From positions 17,920 through 81,919 of the forward strand of contig JBLIRO010000009.1 of assembly GCA_049472335.1 (NCBI GenBank): a stretch of 64,000 bases of DNA, given 5' to 3'. Shown piece after piece: positions 48,890-61,279 of this stretch. The DNA is from a bacterium. GTDB taxonomy: Bacteria > SZUA-182 > DTGQ01 > JAFGSM01. Below the pieces are notes generated by a model that was given only the letters and a program-made list of their open reading frames with translations, ran no database searches and was not told the DNA's origin. Positions within the stretch are counted from its first letter, which is position 1; every line of letters starts with the position of its first letter. A program made the translations under genes and the position numbers.

Positions 48890-49455
48890 GTATAATGGAC
48901 AAATACAATAAAAAGATATGGCTCGTTGCAGGGATATTAGCAGGTTGCGTAGTATTGTATTTTGCGCTTATATATCCTTTTTCCATAAACAAAAAAGTAA
49001 CGGATGCATTGGAGATCGAAGAGCAGAGGTATAATAGTTATATAAAGCTGATCAGTCAACGACCTAAAAAGAATGCAATTTTGAAGCAGTTGACCCTGAA
49101 GAAGGAAAAATATAATAATAGACTTCTTGATCCTGATAAACCACCCGTAGTGGCAGCCAATCTACAGAACACGCTTAAGGAAATGGCTTCGGAAGAAGGA
49201 GTGGAAATTATCAGTGAAAAGCAATTGACCATAATCGAACGGGATCCGTTTATCGAGATTCCCATCGAGATTACACTAAAATGCAGTATAACAAAATTAA
49301 CAAATCTGATTTACGATATTGAGGATTTTAAGAAATTTTTAGATATCTCTAAAATTAATGTAAGGGTCGTCAATATCAGGAACCCCATCGATGTGAGGGC
49401 TGATTTGACGGTATCCGGTTTCATCCTTGCTCAGGATGTAACCAAGGAGAAATAA
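48886..49455 (+). CDS. gspM: T2SS GspM/PilO-like protein
   Basis: N-terminal TM helix, coiled coil, ferredoxin-like C-terminus; ATGA overlap with gspL. Confidence 0.8.
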   Translation: MSIMDKYNKKIWLVAGILAGCVVLYFALIYPFSINKKVTDALEIEEQRYNSYIKLISQRPKKNAILKQLTLKKEKYNNRLLDPDKPPVVAANLQNTLKEMASEEGVEIISEKQLTIIERDPFIEIPIEITLKCSITKLTNLIYDIEDFKKFLDISKINVRVVNIRNPIDVRADLTVSGFILAQDVTKEK

Positions 49456-50450
49456 TGTTTAGGAAGATTTTTTGGATAAATGTAGGCCTTTTTGTGATTG
49501 TCCTTTTGCTTTCTTATAATTTATATAAGATTTGGTCTCAGGTCATAACACAGATAAAATCCCCTCCCGTTCAAATTGAGGTTGAGCAGAAGCTTGAAGA
49601 TGCGGAACTGGAAAAGGATGATTGGCCTGATTATATGCCTTCTTCCCGGATGAGTTATACTCCCATAGTTGAAAAGGACCTTTTCAGGCCGGAGAGGGAG
49701 GAATGGCAGCCGCCCCCGCCTCCTGAAGAGGAGGAAGTAGAACTGCAGCAAAGTTCTCCTTATCCCCAATATCCAGGGCAACCTCCTCAGCCCGAGATGA
49801 AAAAACCTACCCTTCACGGGGTTATTATTATCGGTGAGTCCAAAAAATATGCAATTATGCAGGGTTGGACCAGAGAAGAGCAGACGGAGAGGACCAGAAA
49901 AATTCCAATTGGCGGCGGACAGTTTCGTGAGGTTCCGTTGCCTCCTCTTCCTGGTCAGGTAAAGCAGGATAAGATAAACGCATACAGAATCGGGGATTAT
50001 GTTTCTGAGGCGCAGGTAGTAGACATACTGCCTGAAAAAGTGGTTATGGAACAGGAAGACGGCGAAAGATATGAAATACTCCTGAGAGAACCTGCTAAAC
50101 TGGAGATGTGGAAACACGCCCCTGCTGAGGGTGAGATTCCGGGAGCCCCTGGCGAAAGATTCGGTCAACCGGGTGGCCCTCAGTTTCCACCGGGGATTCA
50201 ACCCTATCCAGTCCCTCCGGGCGTGCCTGTTTATCCTCAATATATACCTGCTTATCCACTTCCACCACCTCCTGGTGGCTATATTCCGCCGGGAGTCAGA
50301 TTCCCTCAGGGGGGAGGCGGGCAGGTCCCCGTGCCTCCCTCCCCGCCACAACCACAGCAATTACCGGCATTCAAGCCACCGGGATTTCCCCCAGGAGGAG
50401 TGACGAATCCTCTTCAGCAGGGCATCCCTGGACTGATCAACAAACGATGA
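49455..50450 (+). CDS. GspC/GspN-like T2SS protein with Pro-rich tail
   Basis: TM anchor, DLFRPER, LHGVIIIG..AIM, YRIGD..ILPEKVV (GspC HR-like); lies between gspM and gspD. Confidence 0.65.
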   Translation: MFRKIFWINVGLFVIVLLLSYNLYKIWSQVITQIKSPPVQIEVEQKLEDAELEKDDWPDYMPSSRMSYTPIVEKDLFRPEREEWQPPPPPEEEEVELQQSSPYPQYPGQPPQPEMKKPTLHGVIIIGESKKYAIMQGWTREEQTERTRKIPIGGGQFREVPLPPLPGQVKQDKINAYRIGDYVSEAQVVDILPEKVVMEQEDGERYEILLREPAKLEMWKHAPAEGEIPGAPGERFGQPGGPQFPPGIQPYPVPPGVPVYPQYIPAYPLPPPPGGYIPPGVRFPQGGGGQVPVPPSPPQPQQLPAFKPPGFPPGGVTNPLQQGIPGLINKR

Positions 50451-50472
50451 TCTCTAACGGAGGAAATTATAT

Positions 50473-52518
50473 ATGAAATTTTCAATCAGGATGTTCCTTT
50501 TACCTTTCCTATTTTTATGGCTGGCCTCTTGTGCTGCGCGGCCCAAATACGGTTCCATGCCAAAAGCAGAGTCGCAGCCGATTGTAACGGTCAAAGCGGA
50601 TTCCTCAAGAAGACGAATAGATCTGTCCGAAGAGGAAGCTATATCAAAGGAAGTAAAAGGCCCTCGCAGACGTCCGCTGATTTTATCCGAGATTGATCAG
50701 GCCTCGGAGAGCGAAAAAAAGGGGGAAGAAGAGCCGAGAAAGGCCGGTATTTATCCTGTTTCAGGGAAAAAAAGCACGGCCATATTCGAGCCGTATGATC
50801 CTGAAAAGGCAAAGGAAGAAAGTCTCAAGCCGGATGAAGAAGGCATCCCGAAAGAAATAAGAGAAGAGCTTTTAGGATATAAGGAAGAGGAAGAAGAATA
50901 TGTGACTCTCAATTTTGAACAGGCTCCCATAGAGCAGATACTTAATGCCGTTAGTGAGACCCTCGGGATAAATTTTATTATGTCCCCCGGAGCCAAGGGG
51001 AGCATTACCATGCAAACGTCCAAGCCTGTGCCCGCTTCAGAGCTTTTTCAGATATTACAATCAGTCCTTGAGGTAAACGGCCTGACCCTTATCCCCTCCG
51101 GGAGATATTATAAGCTTGTTGCCGGAAAAGAGGCAAAACAATATCCTATAAGGGTGCTTTCCGGAAAAGAGGGGGAGAGGCTTCCATCGGAGGATAGCTT
51201 TATCACGCAGATCATACCATTGGATTATATCCCGGTTAAAGACATGCAAAGCATTCTGGATCCATTTCTGTCCAAATCCGCACCGCCAATGATAAACCAT
51301 GAAGAATTGAATATACTCATTATTAATGATCTTGCCTCAAACATGAAAAGATTATTGAGATTTGTTCAGGAATTGGATAAGCCTATCTATCAACCTAAAG
51401 AGAAGGTATATGTCTATTATGTAGAGAATGGTGACGCGGACAAACTGGCTGCTACTCTGAATGATATATATAAACAAACAGACAGATCGAAGGCGCTCCC
51501 TTTAAAGGTCCCGCAACAACCTCAACAGCCGCAACAACCTCAGCAGGTTATTCAGACCCCTTTCGGACCCTTCATAGCCGAAGAAGAGGTGACCGGTGAG
51601 GTCAGAATAACTGCAGATAAAGAGATAAACGCCCTTATCATAGTTACCTCACCCAGAAACTATCCGGCGGTTCTGGAGACGATTAAGAAGCTGGATATCA
51701 TGCCCAAACAGGCATTAATCGAGACTTTGATTGTTGATGTGACCTTATCAGACACCACAGAATTTGGACTTGGCTGGTATCTCAGGGGAAATGAGCAGAA
51801 ACTCGGCGCCAATTTTTCCCAGATGGGAAACTTAGGGGCTAATATCGGCGCAGAGACCTTTGAGAATGTCTTTGGTTATAGCTTGATTACAGATAGCAGA
51901 CATTTTTTTGCCTTTATGAATCAACTTAGTAAAATAACAAATTTTAATGTGATCTCCAGTCCATATATAATGGCCTTGGATAACCAGAAGGCCACTATAA
52001 ACATCACACAGCAACGTCCGATCGAGAGAATAGTTTATATCTCGACTCAGGGAGGAGGAGTAACGCCTCAGATTACTTATGACTACAAAGATGTTGGATT
52101 AAAACTGGATGTAACACCCAAGATTAATGAAAGCAATATGGTTACTCTGGAATTAAATCAAGAGGTCAGTGAATTTGCAATAGAGGACACAATTACCGGA
52201 CAGGCCATATATAATCAAAGGGTAGCCAACTCAAAGGTCGTGGTAAGAGATGGACAGACTGTGGTTATCGGGGGGCTGATTCAGAATAAGGTTGATAAAG
52301 CCAAATCGGGCATCCCCTTCTTTTCCGATATCCCTCTGATAGGAAGGTTGTTTGGAGGTTCTTCTGATACCATTGCGAAAACAGAACTTCTTATTTTCAT
52401 GACACCTCATGTAGTCACTACACAGGATGAGGTGAGGGAACTCACAGATGATTTTCAAAACAAGGTTGAAACATTAAAAAAGCTCATGAATGAGAAGGAA
52501 GGTGAAAAGAGCGAGTAA
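50473..52518 (+). CDS. gspD: Type II secretion secretin with lipoprotein signal
   Basis: Lipobox LASC; VTLNF N0 domain, N domains, LD..PKQALIE, VRDGQTVVIGGLI, IPLIGRLF, TELLIFMTPHV. Confidence 0.93.
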   Translation: MKFSIRMFLLPFLFLWLASCAARPKYGSMPKAESQPIVTVKADSSRRRIDLSEEEAISKEVKGPRRRPLILSEIDQASESEKKGEEEPRKAGIYPVSGKKSTAIFEPYDPEKAKEESLKPDEEGIPKEIREELLGYKEEEEEYVTLNFEQAPIEQILNAVSETLGINFIMSPGAKGSITMQTSKPVPASELFQILQSVLEVNGLTLIPSGRYYKLVAGKEAKQYPIRVLSGKEGERLPSEDSFITQIIPLDYIPVKDMQSILDPFLSKSAPPMINHEELNILIINDLASNMKRLLRFVQELDKPIYQPKEKVYVYYVENGDADKLAATLNDIYKQTDRSKALPLKVPQQPQQPQQPQQVIQTPFGPFIAEEEVTGEVRITADKEINALIIVTSPRNYPAVLETIKKLDIMPKQALIETLIVDVTLSDTTEFGLGWYLRGNEQKLGANFSQMGNLGANIGAETFENVFGYSLITDSRHFFAFMNQLSKITNFNVISSPYIMALDNQKATINITQQRPIERIVYISTQGGGVTPQITYDYKDVGLKLDVTPKINESNMVTLELNQEVSEFAIEDTITGQAIYNQRVANSKVVVRDGQTVVIGGLIQNKVDKAKSGIPFFSDIPLIGRLFGGSSDTIAKTELLIFMTPHVVTTQDEVRELTDDFQNKVETLKKLMNEKEGEKSE

Positions 52519-52522
52519 ATTC

Positions 52523-54689
<2,167 letters not shown>

Positions 54690-54720
54690 GCAAATTCTGA
54701 CTTTTTATGGGGTTGTTTAA

Positions 54721-55749
54721 TCACCAAAGGCTTGTCTGCATGCCGGTTGGCCTGATATTGAAGTGGTTATAAGCAAGGCGGGTCGCGATTCTCCCCCTGG
54801 GGGTTCGATTAAGATATCCTTCCTGGATAAGATAAGGCTCATATACCTCTTCGATTGTATCTCTTTCCTCATTAATTGAAGCGGAGAGGGTTTCCACTCC
54901 TACAGGACCGCCTTTGAACTTCTGAATTATAGTCAAAAGGAGCTTGCGGTCCATCTTGTCAAAACCTTTTTCATCCACCTCGAGCGCCTTTAGTGCCTCG
55001 TCAGCTACCTTTTTATTAATGGACCCATCAGCCTTTATCTGGGCGTAGTCTCTGACCCTCTTCAAAAGGCGATTGGCAATCCTGGGAGTACCTCTCGCTC
55101 TCCTGGCTATCTCTGTTGCACCATCTTCGGAAATGGGGATGTCGATTATCCGTGCCGATCTTTTAATAATCAGACATAATTCTTCGGGTTTATAAAATTC
55201 CAGCCTGCATATCACTCCAAACCTGTCCCTCAAAGGAGATGTAAGAAGACCGGCCCTGGTTGTTGCTCCGATAAGGGTAAAATTTGGCAGGTCTATTCTT
55301 ACAGTGCGTGCGCTTGGGCCCTGACCAATGATAAGGTCCAGCTTGAATTCCTCCATCGCCGGATACAGTATCTCCTCAACTGCATGGTTCAAACGGTGAA
55401 TTTCATCTATGAACAAGATGTCATAGCATTGCAGATTCGTCAGGATTGCTGCCAGATCTCCGGCCCTTTCTATCGCGGGACCCGTAGTAGTTTTGATGTT
55501 TGCCCCCATCTCCCTCGCAGTTATATAAGCAAGAGATGTCTTGCCTATCCCCGGAGGACCATGGAACAGACAATGGTCCAGCGCCTCTCCCCTTTTTCGG
55601 GCAGCCTTGATAAAAATTGAGAGGTTTTCCTTAACCTTGTTCTGCCCGATGTATTCTTCAAAATTCCTTGGACGAAGACTGAAATCTAATCCAATATCCT
55701 CTTCCTGTAATGTTTTATCAATCAGCCTGTCGTTTTCTTTATCTGTCAT
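54721..55749 (-). CDS. ruvB: Holliday junction branch-migration helicase
   Basis: [34 protein letters not shown]. Confidence 0.97.
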   Translation of the reverse strand: MTDKENDRLIDKTLQEEDIGLDFSLRPRNFEEYIGQNKVKENLSIFIKAARKRGEALDHCLFHGPPGIGKTSLAYITAREMGANIKTTTGPAIERAGDLAAILTNLQCYDILFIDEIHRLNHAVEEILYPAMEEFKLDLIIGQGPSARTVRIDLPNFTLIGATTRAGLLTSPLRDRFGVICRLEFYKPEELCLIIKRSARIIDIPISEDGATEIARRARGTPRIANRLLKRVRDYAQIKADGSINKKVADEALKALEVDEKGFDKMDRKLLLTIIQKFKGGPVGVETLSASINEERDTIEEVYEPYLIQEGYLNRTPRGRIATRLAYNHFNIRPTGMQTSLW

Positions 55750-55877
55750 ATGATTCCTTTTTTTTGTATAAATTCAGCAACAAACACATTAAGATTATAA
55801 GATAATCATTGACGAGAATGCAAATATAGAATATTCAAATGAGTTAAAAATAGAACCATCCCCTTTTTGGCTTAGAT

Positions 55878-56486
55878 TTATTTTGTGATCAGATCTAGTG
55901 AATATTTAATAACACGGCTTAACGAATGGAAAGATTCACCTGATGACAGGCACGCACGAACCGTTCTTTCTGCTTTGTTTTTCGGATAGCCGAGATTAAT
56001 AAGAGCTGAAACAGCATCCGAAAAAAGGGATTCCTTGTCCCCGGTCGTGGTCTCAGGAGAAAGAACGGGTTCAGGTATATCTGTACATGGAATTTTATCC
56101 TTCAGCTCCAGGATCAGGCGTTTCGCTGTTTTTTCTCCGACACCCGGAATGGCGTTGATCAAGCCTGAATCTGCCTGAATTATGGCTGATTTAAGATCAT
56201 CAACCGATAATTTTGAGAGGATGTTTCTTGCCAGCTTGGGACCGATTTTACTGATGCTGATGAGTTGTTGAAATAATCTCTTTTCGTCTTCCGAAAGGAA
56301 ACCGTACAACTGAAGAGTATCCTCACGAACATGGGTATAAGTCAGAAGGGATGTCTCTCCCCCCAATTCAGGGAGCTTGTAAAAGGTGTTCAGGGTTACA
56401 AAAAGACCATACCCGACGCCATGGACATCGATTATTATGTATTCAGGTGATTTATAGCTCAATACACCCTTGAGATGCGCAATCAT
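55878..56486 (-). CDS. ruvA: Holliday junction DNA-binding protein
   Basis: GVGY, VRED..LYGF, IGPKLA, IPGVGEKTAKRL. Confidence 0.96.
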   Translation of the reverse strand: MIAHLKGVLSYKSPEYIIIDVHGVGYGLFVTLNTFYKLPELGGETSLLTYTHVREDTLQLYGFLSEDEKRLFQQLISISKIGPKLARNILSKLSVDDLKSAIIQADSGLINAIPGVGEKTAKRLILELKDKIPCTDIPEPVLSPETTTGDKESLFSDAVSALINLGYPKNKAERTVRACLSSGESFHSLSRVIKYSLDLITK

Positions 56487-57000
56487 TTTTTTTGTTCCCT
56501 TTTTCGGCCCTGTTTCCGTTTGTATGAATGTGGCAGATAGCTACTGCTATGGCATCGGTGGCATCCAATGAATATCTTTCGAGATTTAGGCGAAAGATAT
56601 TGCAGAGCATTGATTTAACCTGAGATTTACTTGCAGCGCCATAGCCGACTACCGACATTTTAATCTCCCTGGGACTATATTCAAATGCGGGGATTCCGCA
56701 AAGGGATATGGTTAAGAGAAGGGCGCCTCTTATATGTCCCAGGAGAAGCGCGGACCTGGCATTTTGCGCCACAAAGGTTTCTTCAATTGCCGCATAGTCA
56801 GGCTGGAATCCGTTAAGTATATCCTTGAGCTCGGAGCATATCTTTTTTAAACGAAAGGAAAGATTGTCTTTGCTGCATGTTCTTAAGGTCCCGCAGTCGA
56901 TTAGCTGGTAACCTTCAGAACCGAATTGAATGAGACTGTATCCCGTACAATTGAGTCCCGGATCAAGCCCTAGAACAGAATAAGATGAAGGTCCGGTCAT
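56452..57000 (-). CDS. ruvC: Crossover junction endodeoxyribonuclease
   Basis: LGLDPG, AIEE, EYSP.EIK..VVGYG.A.K, DATDAIAVA. Confidence 0.95.
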   Translation of the reverse strand: MTGPSSYSVLGLDPGLNCTGYSLIQFGSEGYQLIDCGTLRTCSKDNLSFRLKKICSELKDILNGFQPDYAAIEETFVAQNARSALLLGHIRGALLLTISLCGIPAFEYSPREIKMSVVGYGAASKSQVKSMLCNIFRLNLERYSLDATDAIAVAICHIHTNGNRAEKGNKKNDCASQGCIEL

Positions 57001-57743
57001 CAGATGGAATTCATGATTTCTTCGTCAATATCGAAGTTTGCATACACATTTTGTACATCATCATGATCCTCAAGTGTATCCATCATTTTAAGCATTTGTG
57101 CGGCATGTTTTTTATCAAGCTTTACCGTGGACTGGGGGATCATGGTGACAGAGGCCTCAGAAATGGTTATGCCCGCCTTCTCAATGGCCTCCTTGACCGT
57201 CTCCATTGAATCAGGATCAGTAGTGACTTCAAAAGTTTCTCCTTCCTGATTGATATCCTCAGCCCCGGCCTCCAGTGCCACTTCCATCAATCTGTCTTCA
57301 CTCACTCCCTCGGAAGGCAAAATTATCAGGCCTTTTTTATTGAACATCCAGGCTACGCAGCCTGTTTCCCCCAGGTTGCCGTTATGTTTGGAAAAGATGT
57401 GCCTTATATCCGCTACTGTACGATTTTTATTATCCGTAAGCACTTCCAGCATAATCGCCACTCCGCCCGGGCCATATCCTTCATAGGTGACTTCTTCATA
57501 ATTAACTCCAGGCAACTCTCCGGTGCCTTTCTTGATCGCCCTTGTAATATTATCCTGGGGCATGTTAATAGACTTGGCATTTTGTATCGCTGTCCTTAGG
57601 CGGGAATTAGCTGCAGGGTCCCCTCCGCCAAGTCTTGCGGCAATAGTAATCTCCTTGATCACCTTGCTAAAGGCTTTCCCCCTTTTAGCATCCACAGCCG
57701 CCTTTTTATGCTTTATGGAATGCCATTTTGAATGACCTGACAT
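57000..57743 (-). CDS. yebC: YebC/PmpR family protein
   Basis: [31 protein letters not shown]. Confidence 0.96.
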   Translation of the reverse strand: MSGHSKWHSIKHKKAAVDAKRGKAFSKVIKEITIAARLGGGDPAANSRLRTAIQNAKSINMPQDNITRAIKKGTGELPGVNYEEVTYEGYGPGGVAIMLEVLTDNKNRTVADIRHIFSKHNGNLGETGCVAWMFNKKGLIILPSEGVSEDRLMEVALEAGAEDINQEGETFEVTTDPDSMETVKEAIEKAGITISEASVTMIPQSTVKLDKKHAAQMLKMMDTLEDHDDVQNVYANFDIDEEIMNSI

Positions 57744-57759
57744 ATTTTACTCCTTTTTA

Positions 57760-59844
57760 TTATTCTTCGGTTTTTTCCTTTTTGGATTCTGCAATAATCT
57801 TTTCTGACAGGTGTGCCGGTACTTCATCATAATGTGAAAATTCCATGGAGTATGTTCCCCTTCCACCTGTAAGAGATTTAAGATCTGGCATATATTTCAA
57901 CATCTCGGCCATAGGGGCCTGCGCCTTGATTTGCTGGGTATGTCCCTGAGTATCCATACCCATAACCCGACCCCGCTTGGAGTTGAGATCTCCTATTACA
58001 TCCCCCATACATTCCTCCGGAACAGCTACTGTCACATTCATTATGGGTTCGAGAAGTACCGGATTACATTCCATGAAGCCTTTCTTGAATCCCATGGAGC
58101 CTGCAATCTTGAAGGCCATTTCCGAAGAGTCGACCGAATGATAAGAACCGTCATATATTGTCACCTTAACATCCGTTATAGGATAACCGGCCAGGATGCC
58201 TTCTTCCATCGCGCCTACGATCCCCTTTTCAACAGCGGGTATATATTGTTTGGGCACGACTCCCCCAACGATCTTATCGACAAACTCAAATCCTCCGCCT
58301 CTGGGCAGAGGTTCGAGTTCCAGCCATGCATCTCCGTATTGTCCCCGGCCGCCGGACTGCCTTTTGTATTTACCCTGGACCTTTGTTTTTCCCTTGATTG
58401 TTTCTTTATAAGGGACCTTCGGTGTTTTTATATTTACCTCTGCGCCGAATTTCCTTTTCATCCGATCCACGGTGACCTCGATGTGGATTTGCCCCATGCC
58501 TGAGACAATAAACTCTTTTGTTTGAGGATCACGGGAGATTTTAAGAGTAGGATCTTCTTCACATAACTTGTTGAGAGCGGTGCTTATTTTTTCATCGTCG
58601 CCCTTTGTTTTAGGCTCTATGGCGTAAGAAATAACAGGATTCGGATAGGCTATCGGTTCAAAGATTATCGGGTCATTTTCGGTACAGATGGTATCTCCGG
58701 TAGTGGTGATCTTTAGTTTAGGCAAAGCGGCTATCTCTCCGATGCTAACCTTTGGAACCGGATGATTATTTTTTCCATCCAATAGAAAGATCTGGCCTAT
58801 CTTCTCTTTGCTCTTTTGTACAGAGTTGTATATTTGGGAATCGGAAGAGAGGCTTCCGGAGTAAACCCTGAATAATGTCAGTTTGCCTGCATATGGGTCA
58901 GCAATGGTTTTGAATACGTAAGCAGAAAAAGGCGCATCCAGATTTCTTTCCCTTGATATCTCTTCACCCTGTGGGTTTTTCCCCTTTAGGGGCGGGAGGT
59001 CCTGAGGTGATGGAAAGAGATCTATAATCTTATCGAGAAGTGGCTGTATACCTATGTTTTTAAGGGCAGAACCGCATAATACCGGAGTAAACATGCGTTT
59101 TCTTACTCCCTCCTTGAGTCCGTTTACTATCTCTTCATCAGTCAGAGATCCTTCTTCCAGATATTTTTCCACAAGACTATCCGAGGTTTCCGCAATGGAT
59201 TCTATCATTTTGTTTCGATACTCATCTACAATATCTTTTAATTCGCCTGGGCATTCTCCTAATTGAAATTCACCTGTCTCATCCCCTTTATAGATAAGGG
59301 CCTTTTGTGTGAGGAGATCCACAAAGCCTTTGAATTCATGTTCTGCTCCTATGGGAATCTGTAAGAGAAGAGGATTCATTCCTTCAATCGCGCTTATCCC
59401 TTTAAGTGTTCTGAAAAGGTCGGCCCTTTCCCTGTCCATCTTATTAATAAATATCATACAGGGAATCTGAAAATCTCTGGAAAATCCCCAAACAGTTTCT
59501 GTCTGAACCTTTATACCTGATACAGCGCTGATTACGAGAATAGCTCCATCCAGAACACTCAGAGCGGCTTTTGTATCCGAGATAAAGTTTATATCTCCGG
59601 GGGTATCTATTATATTGATTTTGTGCTTGTTCCATTCACAGAAGGTGGATGTGGCATTAATGGTGATCTTTCTGTTAATTTCATCAGGATCATAATCAAG
59701 ATTGGAGGTATCATCATCGACCTTCCCCAATCGATTTACACTTTTGGTGTCAAAGAGGATTGCTTCACCCAGTGACGTTTTCCCATCACCGCTATGTGAT
59801 ACGAGCCCGATATTCCTGATCTTTTCTGGTTGATATTCTTTCAT
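57760..59844 (-). CDS. fusA: Elongation factor G paralogue (EF-G2-like)
   Basis: G1 SHSGDGKT (not AHIDAGKT), DTPG, NKMDR, QSGGRGQYG, DSSEMAFK; outside the str operon. Confidence 0.9.
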   Translation of the reverse strand: MKEYQPEKIRNIGLVSHSGDGKTSLGEAILFDTKSVNRLGKVDDDTSNLDYDPDEINRKITINATSTFCEWNKHKINIIDTPGDINFISDTKAALSVLDGAILVISAVSGIKVQTETVWGFSRDFQIPCMIFINKMDRERADLFRTLKGISAIEGMNPLLLQIPIGAEHEFKGFVDLLTQKALIYKGDETGEFQLGECPGELKDIVDEYRNKMIESIAETSDSLVEKYLEEGSLTDEEIVNGLKEGVRKRMFTPVLCGSALKNIGIQPLLDKIIDLFPSPQDLPPLKGKNPQGEEISRERNLDAPFSAYVFKTIADPYAGKLTLFRVYSGSLSSDSQIYNSVQKSKEKIGQIFLLDGKNNHPVPKVSIGEIAALPKLKITTTGDTICTENDPIIFEPIAYPNPVISYAIEPKTKGDDEKISTALNKLCEEDPTLKISRDPQTKEFIVSGMGQIHIEVTVDRMKRKFGAEVNIKTPKVPYKETIKGKTKVQGKYKRQSGGRGQYGDAWLELEPLPRGGGFEFVDKIVGGVVPKQYIPAVEKGIVGAMEEGILAGYPITDVKVTIYDGSYHSVDSSEMAFKIAGSMGFKKGFMECNPVLLEPIMNVTVAVPEECMGDVIGDLNSKRGRVMGMDTQGHTQQIKAQAPMAEMLKYMPDLKSLTGGRGTYSMEFSHYDEVPAHLSEKIIAESKKEKTEE

Positions 59845-59971
59845 ACTAAACTCTCCTCATTTTAACCGTCATTTAAATTTTTTTTCGATCGGGGATTGAA
59901 ATCTTCAAAATTAGATTAATTTAACCCCACATTGCCTATTTTGTCAAGTCTGAATGGGATTTATGTCTAAT

Positions 59972-60011
59972 AATGCAAATTTCAAAATAAAAAATGCAAA
60001 ATGCAAAATGA
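59972..60011. repeat. Heptamer (AAAATGC-type) degenerate tandem repeat
   Basis: AATGCAAATTTCAAAATAAAAAATGCAAAATGCAAAATGAA; related to 61191-61279. Confidence 0.6.
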
Positions 60012-60152
60012 AGAGAAAAGAGAAAATTTATTGGAGCAGATAATAGACGTTGCGAATTACTGTTGACAAAGAAGGCTCAGCTTGCTGGAAGCGAGTTGAT
60101 AAAATCCTTGGAACAAAATTGTCGAAATATTCGACAAACATGTTGATAGAAT

Positions 60153-60185
60153 AAAAAAGCGTCCACCTGAACCATGGTGGACGCT
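60153..60185 (-). terminator. Intrinsic terminator for 60235..60744
   Basis: AGCGTCCACC-N8-GGTGGACGCT with a U-tract on the minus strand. Confidence 0.75.
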
Positions 60186-60234
60186 AGGTTTTTCTTTATT
60201 AATAACTAAAATTTTTATGCCAGACTATAGCTAA

Positions 60235-60744
60235 TCATATCAAAGGAAGTAATGGAGGGCGAACAAGCAAGCCTGAGGCTACAGCCGATGGTACAATATA
60301 TATTGTTGTTGGCACTGGCAGTGTAAGTGAAAGCGGTGGCCCATCAATCCAGATCCTGAGATCAACCGTTGTGATTGTTGTCGGCGCCGTTACAGTGGTT
60401 CCTGCAATACTTGCTATCGGCAATGGAGGAGGAGGGATCAGGGTGCCCAGTACCGAAGCTGTGGGGCTGGTTGTGCCGGGCAAAGTTGAGAATGTGGTTG
60501 ATGGAAAAGGAGAGAAAAAAGGATTTAGGAATGGAGAAGCTGTAAACGGGGATGAAAATGTAAATGGTGAAAATGGGACCAGATTCACACTCGATAAAGG
60601 GGACCAGTACGGATTGAAGAATGGATTGACAAACTGTGTTTGAGCGCCTGCTCTTCCGATTAAAATAAGGCAGAAACCCACTAAAACAAGAAAAAGAAGA
60701 ATTATTTTAGAAATTTTGTATATTATACTTAATTTGCTCACCAC
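60235..60744 (-). CDS. Secreted Pro/Phe/Thr-rich hypothetical protein
   Basis: GAGGAGG RBS, GTG start, signal ..AGA|Q, NPFF/SPF repeats, own terminator. Confidence 0.72.
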   Translation of the reverse strand: MVSKLSIIYKISKIILLFLVLVGFCLILIGRAGAQTQFVNPFFNPYWSPLSSVNLVPFSPFTFSSPFTASPFLNPFFSPFPSTTFSTLPGTTSPTASVLGTLIPPPPLPIASIAGTTVTAPTTITTVDLRIWIDGPPLSLTLPVPTTIYIVPSAVASGLLVRPPLLPLI

Positions 60745-60888
60745 TATGCCTCCTCTAAACTTATTACTTTAAAAAGCCTCTTAGATATGTTTTTTAAAAT
60801 GTCTTGATCTCTTTTTATTTAATCCCTTCTTGTTTCCCCTCCTTTAAATGTTAATAGACAAACTTCGCATATTCCCTGAATGTTTTTA

Positions 60889-60904
60889 AGCATAACCTAT
60901 GCCT
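60889..60904 (-). promoter_or_regulatory. Sigma-54-like (-24/-12) promoter
   Basis: Minus strand AGGCAT-AGGTT-ATGCT; GG and GC correctly spaced. Confidence 0.55.
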
Positions 60905-61190
60905 AAAACAACATCCGAAATCATTTTGTAAAAATATATATAAAATAATTAGATAATAGAATTTTTGTATGAAATCGTCAATAAGCATCAATTTTTTTTA
61001 AGAACAAATGTGATACAAAAGTAATAATAAGCAAAATATTACATATATATAAAAATAGTAGAAATAATTACATATATTTTGGAGTTTAATCTAAATTGTG
61101 CAAATATGAACGTAAGGTTCTATTTGGCTCAAATAGAAGGAACCTTAAATAATAACAAATTCTCAAAATTCGGGTGCGATTTTGAGATGA

Positions 61191-61279
61191 ATTGCAAAAT
61201 GCAAAATGCAAATTTTAAAATGAAAAATAATGTATTCCTTAAATTTTCATTTTTCATTTTGCAATTTAAAATTTGCATT
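61191..61279. repeat. Heptamer-based imperfect inverted repeat directly downstream of mtaD
   Basis: AATGCAAATTTTAAAATGAAAAAT ... TTTTGCAATTTAAAATTTGCATT. Confidence 0.65.

Noticed and set aside
49521..50360. 279-aa minus-strand ORF
   Set aside because: Antisense to the Pro-rich gsp gene within a tightly coupled operon; no recognisable motifs.
60007..60146. Possible remnant of a small gene after the heptamer tract
   Set aside because: Too short to assign and no motif I can support.
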